This document shows, piece by piece, positions 1 through 9,062 of a stretch of 64,000 nucleotides of DNA. The stretch lies in the IMG/VR virus record IMGVR_UViG_3300020048_000110, one strand, 5' to 3'. Origin of the DNA: a virus. A program made the position numbers and the translations under genes. How positions within the stretch are numbered: position 1 is the stretch's first letter; every line of letters begins with the position of its first letter. The notes under the pieces are model-generated. The model was given only the letters and a program-made list of their open reading frames with translations. It was not told the origin of the DNA and did not search any database.

Positions 1-3000
1 CAAAATTAACATTTGAAGCACCAAATGAAAGTTTAGTATTCTGTAATTTTTTCAACGATACATACGAAGATTGTTCAGAAAACCCATTTGAAGGAATGGT
101 AGATGATAACGGATTTCCTATATGCAACACCCCAACAATAATAGGTACAGAATTAGTGGTATCAAGGGTAGTTGGAGAACAAACTACAAAAGTAGAAAAA
201 GTATTCCCTACGGAATATACAAGAATAACTACACAAAAGGGTTGCAACTTATATAAGAAAGATCCTAAGACAGACGATTTTATACAAGATCCGACTAACC
301 CATTAGGGTATGATCCAGACGCACCAATAGGTAGTCCTGCTAAACCAACTCCAATACCAGTATATTTAAGAGATTCTGATTTTACTAATGAAAATTGCAG
401 TTACGCTTCAGATATAACACAAATTGCAAAAGTAACATCAAATACCGCAATAGGATATTTCAACAACTATTACTTCGAAGATATAGCAAAAGAACTGCTC
501 ATAAACAAGACAGCTACTTTTGTAGATTATGTAGAAGAAATTACTTTTAAAGACGCAACTCCTGGACCAACTTCCGGAGATTTAACTGTAACTATAGGAG
601 TCTCTACATTTACACAAACCTATACTACAACCCCAACAGCATCAGCTTTAGCATTTTTTACAGCACATAAAGCCGCTATAGAAACATTAACAGGTGGAGT
701 TGTAACTATTTCTGGTCCAAAGGTAACTATAACCGATTCTACTCTTGCATATGTAGATTCTGTGATCACTACAGGTAACTTAGAGTATGAATTTAAAACC
801 AACGGTGGATTTACCAAAAAAATACATAAAGGGGCCCTTTGGTTCAATTTAGATTTTAACGGTAAAACAGACTTAATATTAGATATAGCTAAACAAAAAG
901 ATTCAGAAGGAGATGACGATATTTCTGTAGGAAGCCAAGTAAGAATTTCAATTTTTAAAAGCTGTTCAGATTCAAACGCAATATACAGCAAAGTTATAGA
1001 TTTAAATAGCCCTAGTATATACAAGATAAAAAAAGCTTCTAGTACATCATTAAATTTAGTTATTGAAGATGAAACAACAGGCTTAACACCAATAGTTATA
1101 ACTAATGGATGGAATCTAACTGAAAAGTATTATATAGCAGTAGACTGTCCTTTAGTAAAAACAGAAATAGATACAGATCCATTAGGAGTACAAATTACTG
1201 GAGGAATCCCACCCACATATACATATAACCGAGACTTTAAGGATGTATTCTATACATCACCTACAGATGGATGTTACACAATAACAAAAAGAGCAGTAGA
1301 GATAAAAAGAATAGATGTTACCTGGGATTCAATAGAGCTTGTAAAAAATATTAAAATGCAAGCTACCTGTACATTAAAACAACCAATACTACAAAACTGT
1401 AAAGCTATAGCCTATAGAAAAGGAGATTTTGCATATTGGGAAAGTACAGAAACTTATCCAGATAATAATGAACTTTACAATTCATCACTATTAGATATAA
1501 AACCGGCTGATCTAAGTGGGTTAACTATAGAAGAAATAGCAAAGTTTGAAAGTACTTTTACTGATGGTATAGAATTAGATGGAAATTATAAATGGAAAGA
1601 ATCTGAAAAAATAGAAGGAGATATATCAAGTTTACAACCAGTTGTTGACTATACTTGTAGACCGATAAGACACTTTAAATTTCCAGATAATAAAATTGCA
1701 CCATATACATACAACTCTTTACAAGTAAACTTTAATAAATCTGCTATTTTTCCATTAGGTATAACTTTGAATGAGAGTGTGATACTTAAATTTTTAGATG
1801 TAGCTGTTAAGAATGAGCTACTATCTTCAGAAGACAGAAATAAGATAAAAAGTTATGAAATTTTTAGAGGAGATCTTAATTTAAATAGAAGTATTGTAGC
1901 ATCTGGAATACTGTTCGATATGCGTAGTTACAAGGAAAATGAGAAGGATGTATTATATACAAACTATCCTTTTAACTCTTATTCAGATGACAAATTTAAT
2001 TTAGATAGTAGTAATAAGCCACTAGTAACTCCTAATTTTGGAGAGAGTAATTATAACTATACTTTCCATTCTCCAGAGACAGATTACTATAAACCAACAA
2101 TTCCTTCAGAACTATCTATACAAGGTTTCCTATTTGGAAACTCAAGAGGTAATGTAGAAGAAGTATTAAAGCATCCAAAATGGGTTATTTTAGGAGATGT
2201 AGCTAGATCTGATGCAGGTGATTTAGCAACGCTAGAGGTTTTTGCAGAAGTAACTATAATAATAGCTAATGCAGCTATACAAGCTTCTCATACTTATGAA
2301 ACTAGCTTTTTTGCTTTTGTAGCAGGAGCAGGAGGAGCTGCATCAACAACTTCAAATATAGCAGGAGCAACCACTTCTGGTATAGCTTTAGGAGCAATAG
2401 CTTTTCTTGAAATAGCAGAATCTGTTGTATATAAATGGGGAAAGTATAGATATGAGTGGCTTAAAATATTTAGAGATCTTGGAACTCCAAATAATTTTGC
2501 ATACTACTATCATGCAGAAGGCTTTTACAACTTTTTAAGAAATGATATACATACTGAAGGAGATAGTTTAAGAGGTTTAAATATAACCAAGTACATAAAA
2601 GACGCAAGGTATACTACTTTAAATGAAGTTACTCCAGAATCTATCACGATAAACAATATTGATAGAGAATATTCTGTATTTTTATCAACAGGAAAAAACA
2701 ATAGTATATCCTACCCGGACTACTACAAAAAATACGATAGCCTTCCAAATAACTCTAGTATTACATATTTAGGAGAAAATGGCATAGCGTCATCAAAAAA
2801 GAGTCCAGAAATAGTTAAACCAATTGCTTCACCATATGTACATTTAAAAAACTACATACCATCACAACATGGAACAATAAACTCTATAAAGTGGTTATCT
2901 ACTGGATTTAGAAGTAATTTTAATAATACTGGATGTTTATCTATTTTTGGAGGAGATACATATATTTCAAGACATACAGTTAAAAGGAAAAAACCTCAGT

Positions 3001-4925
3001 TCTTAGTTACAGCAATGGAACAAGCAGATCTGACACCTTTCAATTACTATTTCTATAATAATATTGGAGATAACCCAAAGTTTTATGTTAGTTATGAAAT
3101 ATCTAAGGATTTTGAAGCAGACAGTCAATTTTTTCCAGATATTCAGTATAATTATACTTTTGATAATGCGAGAGTTGTAAACTATTTTGGAGTGGATTTT
3201 ACGGCTAGTGGAAAGTATATTTCACCACCTAATAAGTTCTATTTGTATTATTACGGAGTACCAAACTATTTAGTTGAAACACGTATAAATACAAACTTTA
3301 GATACGCAGGTAAAGAGTTAAGAGATAACTTTTTTCCGCAAGTAGGAGATTTATCAAAATGGACACAAGAAAAGAATGTTCCTATAAATGAACCAGAAAC
3401 ATTTAACTATAACAATAGCTATTCAAAACAGACTAGTTTTGTAAGATCTAGAGTTTTCTCAAACACCTACAAAAAGGAAATAAACGATAAGACTCAAAAT
3501 TTACCAAACGGAGTAATCTCTAGTCTTTCAGATTCATCAGAGAATTCTACTATGGATCCTTGGTTAATATATAGGCCATTTGATTTATTTGAGTTCCCAA
3601 CTAACTTTGGAAAACTTAAAGACATTATAGACATTGAGAGCCAAGCAGTTTTAGCCAGATTTGAAAATACTTCTATGCTATATAATAAAGTAGATAGTAA
3701 GATAGATGACGGATCAACACCTACTTCTGCTTTCTTTGGAGGATCATCTTTATGGCAAAGAAGACCTATAACTTTTAACAATACGGATTTAGGTTATGGA
3801 GGTACACAAAACTTTGCAAAGATCTCTTGTGAATATGGACATTTTTGGGTAGATGCAAAAAGAGGACAAGTTCTTACAGTACAACCAAATGGAGGTACAA
3901 TGGAAGAAATATCTTCAGTAATAGGAGGTAAACCTAGCGGAATGAGAAACTGGTTTAAAGAACACTTACCATTCAAAATTCTAAAATACTTACCACATGT
4001 TAATACAGATAACCCATACAACGGAGTAGGTATAACAATGGGATGGGATAGTAGATACAGAAGAGTTTTTATAACTAAAAAAGATTACATTCCAAAGAGT
4101 TGTGTTGACTACGTACAAGGTAAAGGATTTGTATATAAACCTGCAGATTGTGATGGAAGTCCTACAGCGGAGCCAATCGCAATAGAAGCTGGAGATCCTC
4201 AATATTTTGAAGATGTATCATGGACAGTTGCTTACTCTCCAGTAATAGGTTCTTGGTTGAGCTACTACAGTTTCACACCAAACTATTACATAGGGCATAA
4301 CAACTACTTCCAAACAGGAATAAATAGTATAGTAAATACAAATGAGAATGGTCTTTGGTCACACCTCTTAACAAACAAATCTTACCAAGTTTTTTATGGT
4401 AAAAAAGAAGAGTTTATTTTAGAGTATCCAGTACAAGGAGATTATACTGAAAAGTATATAAACAACATAGAACTTTGGACTGAAGCAAAGAGATACCATA
4501 ATGATTACGACTACTACACTAATCCTGGGATTACGTTTAACAAGTCTGTACTCTATAATACAATACATTGCTCAGGAACGCTTAATCTAGTGCCGTTAAA
4601 AACGAACTATATGAGTGCAAAAGACTTCCCTAAAACTAACCTAAATAACACACAGGATATAGGTATAAGAACAGGAGGAACTTTAATCTGGACTTATGAT
4701 TATTTTTATAATAGAGTAAAGAATGGTACTAGTAATATACCATTTTTAATACAAGATTCAAATCAAATTAAGAAATATGTGAACAGTCAGATAGTGAGTT
4801 TTAAAGGCAAACCTCTACTTGAAAGGATGGTAGGAGATTGGTTTTTAAACAGACTTACCTACGATAAAGATAGTAGGTATAGTTTAAGTTTCATATTTTC
4901 TATCACAGATACTTCTAAAATTTAA
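1..4925 (+). CDS. Giant virion, tail or ejected structural protein. The ORF is open to the window edge, so it is 5'-partial and longer than 1640 aa
   Basis: The frame starting at nt 3 has no stop upstream of the ATG at 96. The protein is rich in N, T, Y and S and looks beta-rich, with no recognisable catalytic motif. It is the first of nine consecutive giant + strand ORFs. Confidence 0.6.
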   Translation, partial: KLTFEAPNESLVFCNFFNDTYEDCSENPFEGMVDDNGFPICNTPTIIGTELVVSRVVGEQTTKVEKVFPTEYTRITTQKGCNLYKKDPKTDDFIQDPTNPLGYDPDAPIGSPAKPTPIPVYLRDSDFTNENCSYASDITQIAKVTSNTAIGYFNNYYFEDIAKELLINKTATFVDYVEEITFKDATPGPTSGDLTVTIGVSTFTQTYTTTPTASALAFFTAHKAAIETLTGGVVTISGPKVTITDSTLAYVDSVITTGNLEYEFKTNGGFTKKIHKGALWFNLDFNGKTDLILDIAKQKDSEGDDDISVGSQVRISIFKSCSDSNAIYSKVIDLNSPSIYKIKKASSTSLNLVIEDETTGLTPIVITNGWNLTEKYYIAVDCPLVKTEIDTDPLGVQITGGIPPTYTYNRDFKDVFYTSPTDGCYTITKRAVEIKRIDVTWDSIELVKNIKMQATCTLKQPILQNCKAIAYRKGDFAYWESTETYPDNNELYNSSLLDIKPADLSGLTIEEIAKFESTFTDGIELDGNYKWKESEKIEGDISSLQPVVDYTCRPIRHFKFPDNKIAPYTYNSLQVNFNKSAIFPLGITLNESVILKFLDVAVKNELLSSEDRNKIKSYEIFRGDLNLNRSIVASGILFDMRSYKENEKDVLYTNYPFNSYSDDKFNLDSSNKPLVTPNFGESNYNYTFHSPETDYYKPTIPSELSIQGFLFGNSRGNVEEVLKHPKWVILGDVARSDAGDLATLEVFAEVTIIIANAAIQASHTYETSFFAFVAGAGGAASTTSNIAGATTSGIALGAIAFLEIAESVVYKWGKYRYEWLKIFRDLGTPNNFAYYYHAEGFYNFLRNDIHTEGDSLRGLNITKYIKDARYTTLNEVTPESITINNIDREYSVFLSTGKNNSISYPDYYKKYDSLPNNSSITYLGENGIASSKKSPEIVKPIASPYVHLKNYIPSQHGTINSIKWLSTGFRSNFNNTGCLSIFGGDTYISRHTVKRKKPQFLVTAMEQADLTPFNYYFYNNIGDNPKFYVSYEISKDFEADSQFFPDIQYNYTFDNARVVNYFGVDFTASGKYISPPNKFYLYYYGVPNYLVETRINTNFRYAGKELRDNFFPQVGDLSKWTQEKNVPINEPETFNYNNSYSKQTSFVRSRVFSNTYKKEINDKTQNLPNGVISSLSDSSENSTMDPWLIYRPFDLFEFPTNFGKLKDIIDIESQAVLARFENTSMLYNKVDSKIDDGSTPTSAFFGGSSLWQRRPITFNNTDLGYGGTQNFAKISCEYGHFWVDAKRGQVLTVQPNGGTMEEISSVIGGKPSGMRNWFKEHLPFKILKYLPHVNTDNPYNGVGITMGWDSRYRRVFITKKDYIPKSCVDYVQGKGFVYKPADCDGSPTAEPIAIEAGDPQYFEDVSWTVAYSPVIGSWLSYYSFTPNYYIGHNNYFQTGINSIVNTNENGLWSHLLTNKSYQVFYGKKEEFILEYPVQGDYTEKYINNIELWTEAKRYHNDYDYYTNPGITFNKSVLYNTIHCSGTLNLVPLKTNYMSAKDFPKTNLNNTQDIGIRTGGTLIWTYDYFYNRVKNGTSNIPFLIQDSNQIKKYVNSQIVSFKGKPLLERMVGDWFLNRLTYDKDSRYSLSFIFSITDTSKI

Positions 4926-4929
4926 TTAA

Positions 4930-4961
4930 TTTGGTAAAGTCTAAAATTTTAAGTAATTTTG
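4930..4961 (+). promoter_or_regulatory. Bacteroidetes-type sigma promoter upstream of the 1352-aa ORF
   Basis: TTTG at 4930-4933, a 20-nt spacer, then TAATTTTG at 4954-4961. This matches the -33 TTTG / -7 TAnnTTTG consensus and abuts the terminator hairpin. Confidence 0.5.
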
Positions 4962-4992
4962 CCCCTACATTGAGATAGTGTAGGGGTTTTTT
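4962..4992 (+). terminator. Rho-independent terminator after giant ORF 1
   Basis: Perfect 8-bp stem cccctaca / tgtagggg with a 9-nt loop, followed by TTTTTT. Confidence 0.7.
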
Positions 4993-5003
4993 AAATTAAT
5001 AAT

Positions 5004-8000
5004 ATGCCAATAGATAGAGAAGAATATTTAAGAAGGATAAAAGCCGCAGAAAGCGGAGGAAATCCTTATGCTAAAAGTCCGTTAAGTTCAGCATCTGGAC
5101 TTTACGGGTTTACAAAAGGTGCTTTTGAAGGACTAGGTTACAAGTGGGAAGACAGATTCAACCCTAAAGTACAAGAAGAGGCAGCAAGAAAACTTACAGA
5201 CCAAACTTATAACTACCTACAAAAGAAAGGTATTAAGGACCCAACATTTACAGATTTGTATGGAGCACATTGGTTTGGACCACAAGGCTACACAAAATTA
5301 GCTAGTACTCCAGACAACACGAGTATAGCAAACGTATTTTCAAGTGGTGTGTTAAAAGCAAACCCTAATCTGCTTAAAAAAGACGGTACACCAAAAACAG
5401 TAGGTGAAGTAAAAGGACTAATAGCACAAAAAGTAGGTGGCCAACCAACACAAGATAACTCTTCAATTGGCTATACAGACTATACGTTAGGGCTAGCACC
5501 TTTGCCTGGACAAATGGCAGGGTACAGAAGAGATGTAACTGAAGAAGTTAGTAATGATCCTTTTTCAAAATTAGCAGAAAAGCAACAAGAAGAAGATTTT
5601 ACAAACGAGGTTAGACAACAACAAGAACAACAAGAACGACCACAAGTTCAACCTAATCCACTATACGCTGCAGAGAACTACCAACTACAACAATTCCAAC
5701 CTACACAATACCAAGGACAGATTTTTTCTGAGGGATTTTTCCAAGAGGGTGGTATAAAAGGCAGTACTGGAAATAACCCAAAAAGATACAATGAATTAAT
5801 TATTGATACAAGTAATAAACAGGTAATGGATACCTTAAATAAGAAGTTCAATACCTTACATTACAAAAGTAAAATGTCATGTACTGCAGGATCTTTAAAT
5901 TGCTTAACTGATTTTGTGCAACCTATATTAAATTCAGACTCTGTTAGAACCTTGACACAACAAAATACTAGCAAGTATAAGATTCCAAGTAAACCTTACT
6001 CTTGGATTGGAGATACATATGTACCTAACAATTCAATAGATGCATGGGAGATACATAGCCAATTATCTGGAGAAGGTTTAGGAACTAACTTAATTAATCC
6101 TAAAAGTAAACTAACATACAAGAAAGATAAAAAAGGCACTAATATAAGTCAAATACCAGATCAATTAGACTATAAGAACTTACCTGTTGGTACAATTTTA
6201 GGACAAGGTGACAGTTCAAATGCCTATACAGACCCTAAATACGGCACTAAATCAAGACATGCCATGACTATAATAGGTTATGATAAAAAAGATGGTGAAC
6301 CTTTAGTCTATGACTACGGTGAAATAAGAAGACTATCTGATAATACAGGTATTTTAAAAAGTGCTCCTATAAACAATGTTACAATACCTAAAGGATATGA
6401 GAAATACACAATGGGTAATTTAGTAAGAGAGTATAATAATTACTCAACTAAATTAGGGTACGGTAAAAGTGTTCCTGTAAATTATAATTCAAAAAAAGAA
6501 CACATCCTAGCAATTCAAAATGGTGTTAATGATGTTAAAGATCAAATAGGTTTTGATTATAATATACCACAAACTGTAATAAATAAAATGGCACTTATGT
6601 TGCCAGGACTAGCATACCAAGAAACAGGTATTAACAACAATGAAAAACTTACTAAATCCGCCATAGCTGACAATATAGTAGGAAACTATGTAGGTAAACC
6701 TGGATTGAAAATCATAAAAAATACAGCTAATTTTATTGGTAATACATTTAAAGAAGAAGGCTCTAGAAAAAAAGGATATGAGTTAGAGATAGAAGCTTAT
6801 AAAAAGTATCCTAATGATCCGGCAAAAAGAAAAGCATACCAAAATCAATTAATAAATGAGAATAGTAATTTAAAAAATACTAACTACGAAGAGTTAACAT
6901 CATCTGTAGGACCATTCTCTGTTAAAAATATCCCTGCATATTCTGAAAATAAGCTGAAGGTTAAAAAAAGCGACATGTTTGGTGTTGATTTCAGCAATAA
7001 GTCAGAGTTAAAAAACGGTTCAAAAGTAGCCTTAAACATTCTAGCAGAAAATTATGCTAGAGCAAAGAAACAAAATCCTAATTTAGATCCAGATGAGTTA
7101 ATTGATTTAAGCTTAGCATCTTATAATAGTGGATCTAAATTAAAAGATAAGCGTTATATACAGTATTTTATAAATAAAGATACACGCACACTTAACGACA
7201 CATACTTAGAAAAGATTAAAAACTTTAAGTTACAAGATGGCGGAGAATGGTTTGGAGAAACTGTATTTGAAAAAGAACAGCCTCTAATGGCCGCTAAAGA
7301 TACCCAAGAGTATCAAGATGCAATGACAGGTATGATGAAGTCTAAAATAGGTATGGGTAACGCTTTAGGTAGCCCATCTATTAAAAGGATGTCAAGAGCT
7401 ATGCCTAAGACAGGCATGACTCCAGAAGGTATGGGTACACATTATATGGGATCTGTTGATAATTATGCTAGACCATTTTTACAAGATACAGGAAAAGATC
7501 AACTAGAATATTTTGAAAATCCAAGACCTTCTAGAGAAGACATTAGATTTAATTCTCCAGAAGAAGCACAATACTTTGCAGAACGTTACAAAGAAGTGGC
7601 ACCTATGTCTACAACTTACAGTGGTTTACAAGAATATCAAGATGGTGGATTAAAAGCTAAAGCCGATAGAGCATACGCTCAAGAAATATACGATCAAATA
7701 CGCCCTAGTGACTATACATCACTTAATAACTATGCTAGATATATTTTTAGTGTAAAACGTGATGATTATGATGATGCAAGAAGCGAGGAGGCATTTAAAC
7801 AATACTTAGGTCTAAATGACAAACCGAAGTATTTAAGTCCATCAAAATACGCACCGTCAATAAAAGCAAAAGGCAAAGAGGGTGAATATTATAGAGTAGA
7901 CCCAGAATTAGAGAACGACATATTTCATTCATACAAAGATAAAGTAAAATTGAATGAAGTAGTTCCAGTAGATGAGATCAATATAAAAAGTGAATGGCCT

Positions 8001-9062
8001 GTAGGAACACCTTTAACTCAGGATGGATATGTAAAATTAGATCCTTATGATGATAACATAATCGTTGGTAGACCAATGGCAAGTAGAGCAAGGATGTTAG
8101 GTAGATTTACTGTAAGTAGAGGAAAAGATAAAAAAGGAGAATACTTATCATACTCTGATCAATATGACTTTCCAGATACATTTCAAAATAAAATGAAAGG
8201 GAAGCCATACAATGTTTACAATAGGATCTACTACAAGGACATGAAACAGATGGGTGGTACAATTGAAAACAACGAAAAGTCTTTTTTACAAGAGTACCAA
8301 GTAGGTGGGCCATTTAGCAAAGCAAAAACAAAAAAGGTTAAACCTTACAACTCTAATAAGATAGAGAAAAGTATAATGGATAACCTAGGGGTAAATGACT
8401 TTAGAGATAGTGTAGAAGAAGAAGCAGAAAAACAAGGCATAAGCGGAGTACATAATGGAGGCTTAGACGCAATAAGACACGCATCTTCTGCCGCAAAAGT
8501 TTCATCACAAATCCCACTTGGCCTTGGAGTATTATCAGCAAACGTATTAGGTTTAATTCACGAAATATCTCCAGAGAGTAATTGGAGAGAAACAAAATCA
8601 GATTTGTATAATAATTTTGCAGGAAGTTTAGTAGGCGGTATTCCTTTTATAAGTGACAAAACTAGAAGTAACATACTAATAGAAGCACAAAAAAGAGGAT
8701 ATTTGAGCGATTTAGGAGAGAAAGATGAACCTTTAAATACAAAAAGACCTACTTTAAAAAAGAAAAGTGAAGGAGGTACTATCACAGATAATGAAAAAGC
8801 TTTCTTACAAGAATTTCGACAAGGAGGTACAATACCAGTATCAAGCAATGGAGTTTATGATTATCCCGGACAAGAAGTTATCGTACCAACTAACTCTGGT
8901 AGAATTACCATGAAAAATGTACCCTACGATATTTTAGGTATAGATGAATACGGTAATCAGCAAATGATGCAATCTAACGGTGAATACCAATATCCAGGAA
9001 AAATTATACACGAGATACCACAAACAAAAAAGAAAATTTCAATAAAAAGTAAATTAAAATGA
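5004..9062 (+). CDS. Giant internal or ejection protein with an N-terminal lytic transglycosylase (SLT-like) domain
   Basis: Residues 15-40 read AESGGNPYAKSPLSSASGLYGF, which fits the SLT family ES..N..A.S....GLMQ signature. Two internal copies of GGTI(E/T)(N/D)NEK(S/A)FLQE. The ATGA overlap links its stop to the next ORF. Confidence 0.6.
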   Translation: MPIDREEYLRRIKAAESGGNPYAKSPLSSASGLYGFTKGAFEGLGYKWEDRFNPKVQEEAARKLTDQTYNYLQKKGIKDPTFTDLYGAHWFGPQGYTKLASTPDNTSIANVFSSGVLKANPNLLKKDGTPKTVGEVKGLIAQKVGGQPTQDNSSIGYTDYTLGLAPLPGQMAGYRRDVTEEVSNDPFSKLAEKQQEEDFTNEVRQQQEQQERPQVQPNPLYAAENYQLQQFQPTQYQGQIFSEGFFQEGGIKGSTGNNPKRYNELIIDTSNKQVMDTLNKKFNTLHYKSKMSCTAGSLNCLTDFVQPILNSDSVRTLTQQNTSKYKIPSKPYSWIGDTYVPNNSIDAWEIHSQLSGEGLGTNLINPKSKLTYKKDKKGTNISQIPDQLDYKNLPVGTILGQGDSSNAYTDPKYGTKSRHAMTIIGYDKKDGEPLVYDYGEIRRLSDNTGILKSAPINNVTIPKGYEKYTMGNLVREYNNYSTKLGYGKSVPVNYNSKKEHILAIQNGVNDVKDQIGFDYNIPQTVINKMALMLPGLAYQETGINNNEKLTKSAIADNIVGNYVGKPGLKIIKNTANFIGNTFKEEGSRKKGYELEIEAYKKYPNDPAKRKAYQNQLINENSNLKNTNYEELTSSVGPFSVKNIPAYSENKLKVKKSDMFGVDFSNKSELKNGSKVALNILAENYARAKKQNPNLDPDELIDLSLASYNSGSKLKDKRYIQYFINKDTRTLNDTYLEKIKNFKLQDGGEWFGETVFEKEQPLMAAKDTQEYQDAMTGMMKSKIGMGNALGSPSIKRMSRAMPKTGMTPEGMGTHYMGSVDNYARPFLQDTGKDQLEYFENPRPSREDIRFNSPEEAQYFAERYKEVAPMSTTYSGLQEYQDGGLKAKADRAYAQEIYDQIRPSDYTSLNNYARYIFSVKRDDYDDARSEEAFKQYLGLNDKPKYLSPSKYAPSIKAKGKEGEYYRVDPELENDIFHSYKDKVKLNEVVPVDEINIKSEWPVGTPLTQDGYVKLDPYDDNIIVGRPMASRARMLGRFTVSRGKDKKGEYLSYSDQYDFPDTFQNKMKGKPYNVYNRIYYKDMKQMGGTIENNEKSFLQEYQVGGPFSKAKTKKVKPYNSNKIEKSIMDNLGVNDFRDSVEEEAEKQGISGVHNGGLDAIRHASSAAKVSSQIPLGLGVLSANVLGLIHEISPESNWRETKSDLYNNFAGSLVGGIPFISDKTRSNILIEAQKRGYLSDLGEKDEPLNTKRPTLKKKSEGGTITDNEKAFLQEFRQGGTIPVSSNGVYDYPGQEVIVPTNSGRITMKNVPYDILGIDEYGNQQMMQSNGEYQYPGKIIHEIPQTKKKISIKSKLK

